Positions 1-13,906 of a stretch of DNA of 64,000 nucleotides are shown in pieces. Source of the DNA: an uncultured Chloroflexia bacterium (GTDB lineage: Bacteria; Chloroflexota; Limnocylindria; Limnocylindrales; CSP1-4); NCBI GenBank assembly GCA_963746845.1, contig CAVVCZ010000004.1:1248001-1312000 (forward strand), written 5' to 3'. Under the pieces are notes generated by a model. That model did not search any database, was not told where the DNA came from, and saw only the letters and a program-made list of their open reading frames with translations. The position numbers and the translations under genes were made by a program. Each line of letters begins with the position of its first letter. Position 1 is the first letter of the stretch.

Positions 1-624
1 GAAGCTCTTGATGTCCGAGTCCTGCTCGGCGAGGAGCTCCTCCATGGTCGTCGGCTCGGGCCCCAGGTCGCGCGGCGCGGGGGCGGGGGTCTCGTCCTCG
101 TCGGCCGCGGACGGCGCATCGAGGGTGTCCTCGGCGCTCAGGCCGGGGTCCGTCGTGACGTCGGCTGCCGCCGGGGCGGCCGCCCCGGCGTCGGCGGCGA
201 CGGGCTCGGCAGCGGCCTCCGGCTCGGCGACAGACGCAGTCTCCGGCTCCGGCTCGGCGACAGGGGCGGTCTCGGGGTCCGGCTCCGAGACAGGCGCGGT
301 CTCGGGCTCGGCGGCGGCCACGGGCTCCGGCTCGGCGACAGGCGCGGCCTCGGGCTCAGCGGCGGCCACGGGCTCCGGCTCGGCGACGACGGGAGCGGCC
401 TCGTCGGCGGTGACCGCTGCAGCCTCGACCTCGCCTGCGGCGGGTTCGGCGCTCTCGGCGGCGGCCTCGGCCCCCACCTCGACGGCCGGGGTGTCCTCGG
501 TCGCCACGGAGGCGACGGGCTCATCGGCGACGGCGGTCGCGGCGGCGGCTCGGTCGGGGTTCTGGTCCACGCCCGCGGCGCTTGCCTCGGCCTGGACGGC
601 CCCGTCCTTCAGTTCATCGGTCAA
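1..624 (-). CDS. rpsA: 5' part of a probable 30S ribosomal protein S1 with a long acidic N-terminal extension (runs off the window edge)
   Basis: TTG at 624 preceded by AGGAG; open to position 1; reads MTDELKDG...(A/E/P repeats)...TMEELLAEQDSDIKSF, resembling the S1 N-terminal helix; ~170-nt leader after an extended -10 (TGcTAGACT near 800-808). The S1 domains lie outside the window, so identity is inferred. Confidence 0.6.
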   Translation of the reverse strand, partial: MTDELKDGAVQAEASAAGVDQNPDRAAAATAVADEPVASVATEDTPAVEVGAEAAAESAEPAAGEVEAAAVTADEAAPVVAEPEPVAAAEPEAAPVAEPEPVAAAEPETAPVSEPDPETAPVAEPEPETASVAEPEAAAEPVAADAGAAAPAAADVTTDPGLSAEDTLDAPSAADEDETPAPAPRDLGPEPTTMEELLAEQDSDIKSF

Positions 625-838
625 CGGTTCGAACGCTCCTGTCGGTGAAGTCCCCGGACACGACGACGGCCCGGGCAACGCCCGAGCCGGTTCCGAGACG
701 ATCAGAGGTGGTCCGTGGAGGATGGGCCGCGGTCCGCTCCCTTCGTTGCGAAGCAGGCTTGGGACGTCGTCTTCAGCTGTCGCCCGCTAGGGCCGGGAGA
801 GTCTAGCACGGGGTTTCCACCGCTACAATCGGCCGACC

Positions 839-1711
839 GTGCCGGAATTGCCCGACCTGGCGGTCGTCGCCGACGCCTTCCACGCCGCCCTCGCGGGTCG
901 CCGGATCACCTCCGTCACGGCACCGGGACCGCTCGCGATCCGCGGCACGCCCGCCGAGATGGGGGCGCTCGTCGGTCAGGAGATGGTGGAGCTCAGGCGC
1001 CGCGGGAAATTCCTGATCGCGCGCCTGGACCGGGACCGGATCGTGTTCAGCCCGATGCTGACCGGTCGCTTCCAGCTCGCGCCTCCGGGCACGCCGTTGC
1101 CGTCCAGGACCGCGGTGGTCCTGGCATTCGGTCCGCGCGCACGCGGGCCGCGCGACGCCGCGCGATGGACGCGGAAGGCGGCGTGGCTCCCCGCGGACGA
1201 CGCACCGACGGAGATCCGCTACCGCGACCCGACCCAGATGGGAAAGGTCTACGTCCTGCCCGAAGGCGTGAGCCGACCCGTGGCGGGGTTCGACGACGAT
1301 CTCGGGCCCGATGCCGATGACCCCGCGCTGACTCTCGACGTCTGGCGCGGGCGGATCCGGCGGCACCCGGGCGAGCTGAAGAACCTGCTGAAGAACCAGG
1401 CCTTCGTGGCGGGCATCGGCAATGCCTACAGCGACGAGATCCTGCATGCCGCCCGGCTTCTGCCCTTCCGGAAGCGTTCAAGCCTCGGGAACGACGAGGT
1501 CGACGCCCTGTACGCGGCGACGGTCGCGACGCTCTCGACCGCGATCGAGGAGCTGCGAGCCCGCGTCCCGCCGACGTTCGAGAAGCAGGCACGCGACTGG
1601 CTCGCCGTCCACGACAAGGGCGGCCAGCCGTGCCCGCGTTGCGGGACGAAGATCAGCGAGGTCAAGCCCGGCGGTTTCGTGACGTCCTTCTGTCGCGGCT
1701 GCCAGCGCTGA
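839..1711 (+). CDS. Fpg/Nei family DNA glycosylase/AP lyase
   Basis: N-terminal PELP, RRGKFL, H2TH motif GIGNAYSDEIL, C-terminal CPRC...CRGCQ zinc finger. Confidence 0.93.
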   Translation: MPELPDLAVVADAFHAALAGRRITSVTAPGPLAIRGTPAEMGALVGQEMVELRRRGKFLIARLDRDRIVFSPMLTGRFQLAPPGTPLPSRTAVVLAFGPRARGPRDAARWTRKAAWLPADDAPTEIRYRDPTQMGKVYVLPEGVSRPVAGFDDDLGPDADDPALTLDVWRGRIRRHPGELKNLLKNQAFVAGIGNAYSDEILHAARLLPFRKRSSLGNDEVDALYAATVATLSTAIEELRARVPPTFEKQARDWLAVHDKGGQPCPRCGTKISEVKPGGFVTSFCRGCQR

Positions 1712-1715
1712 GCGA

Positions 1716-2519
1716 TCAGGGGATCTTCAGGACCTGGCCGGTGTGGAGCGTCGACGACGTCAGGCCGTTGAGCTTCCGGATCGCCGACGCGGTCGTCTTG
1801 AACTTCGCCGCGACGCCGATCAGCGTGTCGCCCTTCTTGACGGTGTAGGTCGTCCGGAACGACGGCGACGGGCCCCCGGACGGCGCAGCCGACCCCGTCC
1901 CGGACGCCGACGGCTCGACGACCAACGTCGGCGACGGCGTGGGCGCGAGCAGGGACGGCGCGGCGGCCACGAACGACGGATTTGCGGACGGCGCCGGCTC
2001 GCCGCCACCGGACAGCCGGCTCAGGGCCACGATCGCGAACGCGACGACCATCAGCGCCACCAGCGCGACCTGGCCCGGGGCGCGGTCGAGCTGGAGCCGT
2101 GCCGCCTGGTCGATGAGGCGTGGCGGCTCGAGGAGGACGGGCGTCGTCCTCGGCAACGGACGACGGGACTCGTCGGCGGCCGCAACGCGTGCCGGGTCCG
2201 CGCCGGCGGCGAGGGCCGTCTGCCGCGCGGCCCCCGCGGCGGCGAAGATCGTGCAGTCCACGTGCGCGGCGACGAGGCAGTGCTGTCGCTGCTTGACGGT
2301 GGTCTGCGCGGTCGGCGGCGTGAGCGCGAGGCAGCGGTGATTGCGCGACGGGCTCGCCGATCGCCAGGCGCCGGCCGAGCTCGACAGGTACGGGCAGATC
2401 GCGGTCGCGATCTCGCGGGCCGTGGCCGGTTGGACGCGTTCGGTCGGCGAAGGTCCAGCGACAGGCAGCGCGTCGGGGGCCGGGACGGTCGGATCGGGGG
2501 CTCCGACGGGGGCGGTCAT
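1716..2519 (-). CDS. Membrane-anchored LysM-domain protein with N-terminal Cys cluster
   Basis: Single TM segment, Pro/Ser linker, C-terminal YTVKKGDTL...LN...L..GQVLKIP LysM domain. Confidence 0.85.
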   Translation of the reverse strand: MTAPVGAPDPTVPAPDALPVAGPSPTERVQPATAREIATAICPYLSSSAGAWRSASPSRNHRCLALTPPTAQTTVKQRQHCLVAAHVDCTIFAAAGAARQTALAAGADPARVAAADESRRPLPRTTPVLLEPPRLIDQAARLQLDRAPGQVALVALMVVAFAIVALSRLSGGGEPAPSANPSFVAAAPSLLAPTPSPTLVVEPSASGTGSAAPSGGPSPSFRTTYTVKKGDTLIGVAAKFKTTASAIRKLNGLTSSTLHTGQVLKIP

Positions 2520-2600
2520 CGCCGCCAAGGATACCGGTCGTCGCGGACCGGCCCCGAGGGGTCCCCGGCGCTCGTGCGAACGCTCCGGGAACGCAAAAAT

Positions 2601-2717
2601 CCTGGCGACGACCTATTTTCCCGAAAGGCTGCCCTCTCAGTATCTTCGGCGCTGGAGAGCTTGACTTCCGTGTTCGGGATGGGAACGGGTATGGCCTCTC
2701 CGCCAGTGTCACCAGGA
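2601..2717 (-). rRNA. rrf: 5S rRNA
   Basis: Reverse complement contains CCCGTTCCCATCCCGAACACGGAAGT; terminal stem CCTGG/CCAGG; lies downstream of 23S. Confidence 0.97.
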
Positions 2718-2863
2718 TTTATTGCGTCTGGATGGTTGTTCGGCTGCGTCCTGCGCGGCCATGGAGGCCGGCGCGGGCGCCGTCTGGTTCGATCTTCGAT
2801 CTCGGAGTCGTGTCATGGATCGATCACGATTCCCAGCCACTGACCCCAGGTCAGTTGCTGTAG

Positions 2864-5933
<3,070 letters not shown>

Positions 5934-6320
5934 CCTCCCAGCATCTGACCTGGCGGCCAGTCGCGGGCGGGATCGATCGGGATCGTATCCTTGACTAACT
6001 CGGCGAAATCGAAGATCGATTTACTGCCGAACAACTCTTCCAGTTGTAAAGGTGCTGCCCGCCGAGGCGGGCGTCCCGGTCCGTTGCCGGCCCGGTGGTC
6101 CAGCGGTCCGCTGGTCGGTGAGCTCCTCGCGGAGGTCACGGATCAGGTGATCGATGGTGGTGGACACACGAAGACGGCTCGAGGACCTGCCTCGGAGCCG
6201 TCCTGGAACAGCGCCTTGGGTGTCGGTCGTCCCGGGGTCCACCCGGTGTCTTTGGTTATTGGATTGGTGCGGCCTTGCGCAGGATCGGATCCTCCGCTGT
6301 GGTGCCCGACGGACTGCAGA

Positions 6321-6396
6321 TGGTGGAGACGAGGAGACTCGAACTCCTGACCCTCTCCTTGCAAAGGAGATGCTCTGCCAACTGAGCTACGTCCCC
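6321..6396 (-). tRNA. tRNA-Ala(TGC)
   Basis: Cloverleaf, anticodon arm TCTCC-tt TGC aa-GGAGA, encoded CCA; in the 16S-23S spacer. Confidence 0.96.
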
Positions 6397-6413
6397 TCGG
6401 ACTCAAGGAAGCG

Positions 6414-6490
6414 TGGTGGGCGTTTCTGGACTCGAACCAGAGACCTCTGCCTTATCAGGGCAGTGCTCTAACCAGCTGAGCTAAACGCCC
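6414..6490 (-). tRNA. tRNA-Ile(GAT)
   Basis: Cloverleaf, anticodon loop ct GAT aa, encoded CCA; in the 16S-23S spacer. Confidence 0.96.
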
Positions 6491-6752
6491 GCCGGGGCCG
6501 TGCCGACCGTTAGCGGTCGACGTTTCGATCGCCGCCGGCTGGCTGCACCCTTGACCGTTGAAGAGTGACAGGAACGTCCGTTCCGGATGAACAAATGGGT
6601 TTCGGTGTTGTTGCCAGGTCGCGATCGGTCTCCCCGAGGTCCTTGCGGACGCTCGAGCGTCGCCCACCTGACGGGGCGACCGATGACCGTGCGATCAACC
6701 TGGGAGCCTTCAACGCCCCGACCCCACCGAAGAGTCGGGACTCGGATCTCCC

Positions 6753-8253
<1,501 letters not shown>

Positions 8254-8385
8254 AGATACGCGCAGCTTGCGCTGCGACTTCATCCGAGGGTCTGACCACT
8301 CGCACATCCATCACGGATTTCCTGTCACTCTTCAGTTGTCAAGGTGCAGCGTCCGGGGCATGACAGGCCGCGGCGCAGACCCACA

Positions 8386-8513
8386 ATGATGGGGCGTCGC
8401 CGCCGCAGTGTCAAACCCGGCGACCCTCCGGAACCGGCTGTCGGCCCGGCGTTCCGCACCCGGTCGGGGCGGCACGGTCGCGAATGGTAGGGTCGCGCCG
8501 GCGAGCGTGTCAA
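8386..8513 (-). promoter_or_regulatory. Tandem rrn P1/P2 sigma70-type promoters
   Basis: TTGACA(8513-8508)-18 nt-TACCAT(8489-8484) and TTGACA(8414-8409)-17 nt-CATCAT(8391-8386) upstream of 16S. Confidence 0.75.
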
Positions 8514-8902
8514 ACGCCTCGAAGGTCCCCCCTGCCACCCGCCTTGCGGGCCAGGTCGATGACGCAGAACCGGTTGCCTTCCGGGTCGGCCAGGATCACG
8601 TAATCCGCGTCGGGCGGCCGCCGGTCCCAGTGGACCTCGGTGGCGCCCAGGCCGACCAGACGAGCGACCTCGGCGGCCTGGTCCTCGGCGTAGAGGTCGA
8701 GGTGGATCCGGGGTGGGACCTGGAAGGTGGAGCGCACCCGATCGAGGGAGATGTTCGGGCCGACGCCGTCCTTCGGCCGGAGAAGGATGAACGTGTCGTC
8801 GTCCCACGTGCCCCGGCGGACATAGCCAAGGGCCGCCTCCCAGAACCTGGCCTGGCGCTCGAGGTCGTCGACGCGGATGACGATCGAGCCGACGCGGAGC
8901 AC
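8510..8902 (-). CDS. VOC/glyoxalase-like family protein
   Basis: FWEAALGY, RIHLDL and LADPEGNRFCV motifs. Confidence 0.85.
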   Translation of the reverse strand: MLRVGSIVIRVDDLERQARFWEAALGYVRRGTWDDDTFILLRPKDGVGPNISLDRVRSTFQVPPRIHLDLYAEDQAAEVARLVGLGATEVHWDRRPPDADYVILADPEGNRFCVIDLARKAGGRGDLRGV

Positions 8903-8903
8903 G

Positions 8904-9089
8904 TCAGATCGGGCTGCTCTCGACGAGCAGGATGAAGGCGGCGCCGCTGAGCCAGCACAGGAGGGCGAGCTCCGGGCTCGCCGTGGCGCCGAACCCGAGC
9001 ACGAACACGAACCAGAACAGGATCCCGACGAACAGCGCGGCGGCCGCCTTCAGGAGCCGGAGGAGCACCTCGAACAGCAGGTTCGACAT
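8904..9089 (-). CDS. Small two-TM hypothetical membrane protein
   Basis: 61 aa hydrophobic ORF with GAGG SD, tightly packed after recR. Confidence 0.65.
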   Translation of the reverse strand: MSNLLFEVLLRLLKAAAALFVGILFWFVFVLGFGATASPELALLCWLSGAAFILLVESSPI

Positions 9090-9096
9090 CGGGACC

Positions 9097-9714
9097 TCAG
9101 ACCGCGCGGCGGCCCTGGAGGGCCCGGATCAGGGTCACCTCGTCGGCATATTCGAGGTCGCCGCCGACCGGGAGTCCGCGGGCGATCCGGCTGACGACCC
9201 CGACGCTGTCCTCCAGACGCTCCGCCAGGTACATCGCCGTCGCCTCGCCCTCGAGGGTGGGGTTCGTCGCCAAAATGACCTCGGCGAGGGGCTCGCCCGC
9301 CCGCTTCGCGTCGTCCGCACGGGCGAGCAGCTCGCGGACCTTCAGCCGGTCGGGCCCGATCCCGTCGATCGGCGAGATCGCGCCATGGAGGACGTGGTAG
9401 AGGCCCTTGAACTCCGACGTCCGCTCGAGCGCGAGGACGTCCAGCGGCTCCTCGACGACGCACAGGCGGGAGACGTCGCGCGCCGGGTCCCGGCAGATCG
9501 GGCAGAGCGGCTGGTCGCTGATGTTGAAGCAGCGCTCGCAGAACACGACCTGATCCCGGACGGCGACCAGCGCCGCCGCCAGCGTTCGCGCCTCGGCATC
9601 CGGTGCGCGGAGCAGGTGGTAGGTCAGGCGCTGCGCGGTCTTCGGGCCGATGCCGGGTAACCGGGCGAAGGCCTCGATCAGCCGGGCCACCGGCTCGATC
9701 AGTGTCGACGTCAC
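9097..9714 (-). CDS. recR: Recombination protein RecR
   Basis: LPGIGPKTAQRL HhH motif, C4 zinc finger, Toprim ATNPTLEGEATA. Confidence 0.98.
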   Translation of the reverse strand: MTSTLIEPVARLIEAFARLPGIGPKTAQRLTYHLLRAPDAEARTLAAALVAVRDQVVFCERCFNISDQPLCPICRDPARDVSRLCVVEEPLDVLALERTSEFKGLYHVLHGAISPIDGIGPDRLKVRELLARADDAKRAGEPLAEVILATNPTLEGEATAMYLAERLEDSVGVVSRIARGLPVGGDLEYADEVTLIRALQGRRAV

Positions 9715-9727
9715 GCCGTGGGTGACC

Positions 9728-10033
9728 CTAGAAGCCGGGGATCTTCAGTCCGCCGGTCACGGCGGACATCTTCTCCTCGCCCAGGCGGCGCGAGGCACCG
9801 AGTGCGTCGTTGATCGCCGCGACGATCAGGTCCTGGAGCATCTCGACGTCCGACGGGTCGACCGCGGACGGGTCGATCGTGACCGAGACCAGCTCCTGCT
9901 TGCCGGTGACGACCGCCTTGACGACGCCGCCGCCCGCCGATCCGTCCACCTGGGCCTCGCGCAGCTCGCCCTCGATGCGCTGCATCTCCTGCTGCATCTG
10001 CTGGGCCATCCGCTGCAGGTTGCCCATCCCCAT
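9728..10033 (-). CDS. ybaB: YbaB/EbfC nucleoid-associated protein
   Basis: GSAGGGVV, DVEMLQDLIVAAIND; AGGAGG SD; lies between dnaX and recR. Confidence 0.95.
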   Translation of the reverse strand: MGMGNLQRMAQQMQQEMQRIEGELREAQVDGSAGGGVVKAVVTGKQELVSVTIDPSAVDPSDVEMLQDLIVAAINDALGASRRLGEEKMSAVTGGLKIPGF

Positions 10034-10106
10034 GTTCGATCCTCCTGTCGGTGACGCGGCCTCCGTGAGTCTGGCGGAAGCCGGCGCCGGTTGCATGGAC
10101 GCCGGG

Positions 10107-11810
10107 TCAGGACACCTCGCCGACGTCGACGAGGTCGTCGGCGAAGATCCGGCGCGCCTCGCTGATCAGGTCGGCCGTCTCCCCGAGCGGCACGACCGGA
10201 ACATCCTCGAGGTTCGTCGCGACGCAACGGACGCTGACCGCCCGGCCCAGCACTCGCCCGATCCCGTCCTCGAGCATCGGCCGTCGGCGCTCCAGGGCGT
10301 CCTTGAGGAATGCCTGATCTTCCGGGAAGCCGAGCGTCACGACGCTACCGTCGACGCTGATCGGGCGGCACTCGAGGATCAGCGGCTTGACCGCGGGGCT
10401 CTTGCTGATGACCGCGACGACCTCGGGCCAGACGGCGCGAAGGCGGTCGATGCCGTCGCCGCCGGCGACCGAGGGCTCCGCGGTCGGCGGCTCCGCAGTC
10501 GACGGTGTCGGGGTCTGCGGTGTCGGGGTCTGGGCCTTCGCCGTCGTCGGTTCGGCTGGAGCCTTCGCGGCCGGCGGTTCTGCCTTGGGCTCGATCGTCG
10601 GGGCCTTGGCCGGGGCGGCCGGAGCCTCCGACGTGCGCTCCCTGGCCGGCTGTTCGCGCCTGGGGGCCTCGGCGCGCTCCGGTGCCTGGATGGCCATCAC
10701 GCCGACCGTCGCGGGACGCGTCGCGGCGTCGAGGAGGGCCAGCTCGAGCTGGAAGCGGAGTCCGCCGACGCCCCGCCGCTCGGGGTCGATCGCGGCCAGG
10801 CGATGGGCGGCCGAGGCGAGCGCTGCCGCGCGGGGGCCGTCGCCGACGTCCAAAGCGACGGCCAGCTGGGACCGAATCTCGTCGACGACCTGGTCGAGGA
10901 CGACCGCCACATCACGACCCCGCTCGTCGATGGCATCGAGGATGGCGATCCCGGCCGCGGCCCGGCCCTCGACGAGGGCGACGACGAGTCCCGACACCGC
11001 CTCCGCGTCGGCGAGCCCGAGGAGCTCGCGGACCGCGCCCTCGTCGACCGTCGTCCCGGCCGCGGCGAGGACCTGGTCGAGCATCGACTCCGCGTCGCGC
11101 ATCCCGCCCGCCGCGAGGCGCGCGATCAGGTGGACGGCCGCGGGCTCGGCGGTGACGCCCTCGGCGTCGAGGATCCGTCCGAGCTTGCCCTCGATCTCGT
11201 CGACCGACAGGCGGCGGACATCGAATCGCTGCAGGCGCGACAGGATCGCCGGCGGGAAGTCCTGGGGATGGGTCGAGGCGAAGATGAAGACCACGAACTC
11301 GGGCGGCTCCTCGAGCGACTTCAGGAGCGCGTTCCAGGCGTCCTTCGTGATCTGGTGGGCCTCGTCGAGGATGTAGACCTTGCGCCGGAGGTCCGTCGGG
11401 GCGTAGTGAATGCGCTCGCGCAGGTCCTTGATGTCGCCGATGCCGCGGTTGCTCGCCGCGTCGATCTCGATGAGGTCGATCGCGCGCCCCTCGCGGATCG
11501 AGACGCACGCCTCGCAGCGGTCGCAGGGGTCGGCGTCCTGCAGGTTCGTGCAGTTCAGGGCCTTGGCGAGGATCCGAGCGAGGGACGTCTTGCCCGTCCC
11601 GCGCGGGCCGACGAAGAGGATCGCGTGCGACACCCGACCGGTCCGGACCGCGCTCCGGAGCGTCTCCACGACCGCGGTCTGGCCGACGATCTCGGCAAAG
11701 GTCTGGGCGCGCCAGCGTCGGTAGAGCGCCTGATGCGGTGCCGGAATCGGCGCCATGGCGGGCGCGGTCGGCATCTCGGTGTTCGAGGGCTCGGGAGCGG
11801 TCGGACTCAC
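10107..11810 (-). CDS. dnaX: DNA polymerase III subunit gamma/tau
   Basis: ALYRRWR, GPRGTGKT Walker A, EIDAASN, ILDEAH; GTG start chosen from the CAGGAG SD. Confidence 0.96.
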   Translation of the reverse strand: MSPTAPEPSNTEMPTAPAMAPIPAPHQALYRRWRAQTFAEIVGQTAVVETLRSAVRTGRVSHAILFVGPRGTGKTSLARILAKALNCTNLQDADPCDRCEACVSIREGRAIDLIEIDAASNRGIGDIKDLRERIHYAPTDLRRKVYILDEAHQITKDAWNALLKSLEEPPEFVVFIFASTHPQDFPPAILSRLQRFDVRRLSVDEIEGKLGRILDAEGVTAEPAAVHLIARLAAGGMRDAESMLDQVLAAAGTTVDEGAVRELLGLADAEAVSGLVVALVEGRAAAGIAILDAIDERGRDVAVVLDQVVDEIRSQLAVALDVGDGPRAAALASAAHRLAAIDPERRGVGGLRFQLELALLDAATRPATVGVMAIQAPERAEAPRREQPARERTSEAPAAPAKAPTIEPKAEPPAAKAPAEPTTAKAQTPTPQTPTPSTAEPPTAEPSVAGGDGIDRLRAVWPEVVAVISKSPAVKPLILECRPISVDGSVVTLGFPEDQAFLKDALERRRPMLEDGIGRVLGRAVSVRCVATNLEDVPVVPLGETADLISEARRIFADDLVDVGEVS

Positions 11811-11868
11811 GGCGCTCCTGTCGCGGCGGTCGTCGGCAGTCCCGGCGCGGGGCGCCGGGGAGATGAGT

Positions 11869-12138
11869 TGCCGTGCACCCACCGTCGTCTTGTGGTGCCT
11901 CGCGCCTCCCGCAACGAGCGGCTCGGACCAGGCCGTTCCGCGGCACCCGACGATGATCGCTTAGTGCTGCTTCCTTCCGGACCTGACACGGTTCGCGGTT
12001 CGTCGCTGCGCGGGACCCGATCCTCAACGTCGCTCGAAGCGGCGGCAGTTCGAGGACGCAATCCTCGGGTGGGAATTCAGCCCTGCTGGAGCGGATTGCA
12101 GGTTCAGGGCACCGCTAGTTCCCCGCCTAGCACGGCGA
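11869..12138 (-). ncRNA. ffs: Large (Alu-domain, Bacillus-type) SRP RNA
   Basis: 5' GCCGTGCTAGGCGGGGAACTAGCGGTGCCCTGAACCTGCAATCCGC; helix 8 TCAGGTCCGGAAGGAAGCAGC; upstream of dnaX; extended -10 TGcTAGACT. Confidence 0.93.
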
Positions 12139-12170
12139 ACCGAGTCTAGCAGGCGCGTCTTCGGCGGCGG

Positions 12171-12860
12171 TCACCCGTGGCCCGACCACGGTCGCCGGTC
12201 GTGGGCGAAGAGGGCGCGGACGGGATCCACGTCGCGCAGCCGACGCAGGGACGCGTCGTAGGCCGGCCGGTCGCGGGCGCTCGTTCGACCCTCGCGGCCC
12301 GTCGATCCGGTCCACTCGTCGAGGCCGTAGACGGCCTGACCGGTCAGCACGACGGGCCCGTCGCGTTGGTCGACGATGAGCGACTGGTGACCGGGCGAAT
12401 GGCCCGGCGTGGCCAGAACCCGGATGCCCGGGACGAGCTCGTGGTCCCCGTGAGCCTCGATGTACCTGACGCCCGGTCCGTCGATCCAGTCGAGGATCGT
12501 GTAGTCACCCGCACGAGCCGTGGCGAGCTCGGCGGCCTGGACATGGATCGGGACGTTCGGGAACGACGCGTTCTGGCCGGCGTGGTCGGGATGGAGGTGG
12601 CAGTTCGCGACCAGGTCGACCTGGCCGACCCGCACCCCGGCCTCGCCGAGGACGTCGCGCATCAGTGGACCGGTCGGGTGATACCGCTCGTCGAGCTCCG
12701 GGTCGCCGAAGCCGAAGCCGGTGTCGAACAGGAGCACGCCCTCGCGGCGGCGGATCGCATAGGCGACGACGACGCCGCCCTTGCCGGCCCACGGCTCGTC
12801 AACGGCGAATCGGAACTCCCCGACATCGAGCGGGATGATCTCGGGAACGGAGCGGGCCAC
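12171..12860 (-). CDS. MBL-fold metallo-hydrolase (AHL-lactonase-like family)
   Basis: FDTG, HLHPDHAG (HxHxDH), TPGHSPGHQS, C-terminal AHD. Confidence 0.85.
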   Translation of the reverse strand: MARSVPEIIPLDVGEFRFAVDEPWAGKGGVVVAYAIRRREGVLLFDTGFGFGDPELDERYHPTGPLMRDVLGEAGVRVGQVDLVANCHLHPDHAGQNASFPNVPIHVQAAELATARAGDYTILDWIDGPGVRYIEAHGDHELVPGIRVLATPGHSPGHQSLIVDQRDGPVVLTGQAVYGLDEWTGSTGREGRTSARDRPAYDASLRRLRDVDPVRALFAHDRRPWSGHG

Positions 12861-12888
12861 GGCGGGTCCGGATCAGCTCACCGGAGAG

Positions 12889-12976
12889 TGGCGGAGAGGG
12901 CGGGATTCGAACCCGCGACGGGTTGCCCCGAACCGCATTTCCAGTGCGGCGCCATAGTCCACTAGGCGACCTCTCC
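12889..12976 (-). tRNA. tRNA-Ser(GGA)
   Basis: CCGCA-ct GGA aa-TGCGG, long variable arm, GCCA end. Confidence 0.95.
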
Positions 12977-13029
12977 CCGAGAGAACGAAGCCGACCGGCG
13001 TGTCGCCGGCCGGCCGTGCGGTTGAGTCC

Positions 13030-13115
<86 letters not shown>

Positions 13116-13363
13116 GCCGGAGAGGATAGCAAAGGTCCTCGCCGCGGCCGACCGGACGATCGTCCCGTGGGGCGGGTTCGCATCGTGGTCGCCCGGCGGC
13201 CCAACGGACCGGCGGAAGCCGGCGCGCGGCGCGAGCAGTGCCGAATCGGTCGATTCTGGCCGGGTGGCGGCCGATGACGAGCCGATCGCGGCCGCGCCGC
13301 GGGATCGAGCGGTCCGTTGGGCCGTGGAGTGGCCCGCGCAGGACGCCGCAGAGGCGACCGCGG

Positions 13364-13807
13364 TCAGGCGATCGCGGTCGTGCCGGCGAGGAGCTCCATC
13401 GCCTCGTCGCGACGGATGCCGCTGACGATCTGGATGCGGCGTTGGAGATCCGGATGCTGGGCGAGCTGGATGACGGAGCCGGCGGCCCCCTCGGTCTCGT
13501 GCGGGAGCGCGAACACGAGCGCCGCCACGTCGCTCTCGAGGAGCGCGCCGACGCACATCACGCACGGCTCGACGGTCGTGAAGATCGTCGCATCGCTCAG
13601 TCGGTCCAGGCCGAGCTTCCGGGCCGCCTCGCGGAGGGCGACGATCACCGCGTGGGCGGTCGGGTCGTTGGACTCGATCACGCGATCGTGGGCGCGGGCG
13701 ACCATCGCCTCGTCGACGACGGCCACGGCCGCATTCGGGCGCTCCCCCGCGGCGATCGCGTTGCGCGCCTCGGCAAGCGCCTCGCCCATGAAGAGCTCGT
13801 AGTTCAT
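13364..13807 (-). CDS. tadA: TadA-like deaminase-fold protein with catalytic Glu replaced by Val
   Basis: NDPTAHAVIVALREA (canonical HAE), TVEPCVMC, GAAGS; upstream of SRP RNA-dnaX like B. subtilis tadA; TATAGT 6 nt before the ATG. Confidence 0.85.
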   Translation of the reverse strand: MNYELFMGEALAEARNAIAAGERPNAAVAVVDEAMVARAHDRVIESNDPTAHAVIVALREAARKLGLDRLSDATIFTTVEPCVMCVGALLESDVAALVFALPHETEGAAGSVIQLAQHPDLQRRIQIVSGIRRDEAMELLAGTTAIA

Positions 13808-13906
13808 GGCCGGACTATACAGGCCCGGATTCGTGCTCCCGTCGCGTCGACCGTCACCATCCCGCAACCGACCGGGAACCCGGACGAGGGGTACGATGCC
13901 CCGCGC

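Noticed and set aside
215-400. Tandem DNA repeats as a possible CRISPR or VNTR array
   Set aside because: Degenerate in-frame coding repeats without unique spacers; no cas genes
11869-12138. Large Alu-containing SRP RNA as a novelty
   Set aside because: Known bacterial large SRP family in its usual position upstream of dnaX
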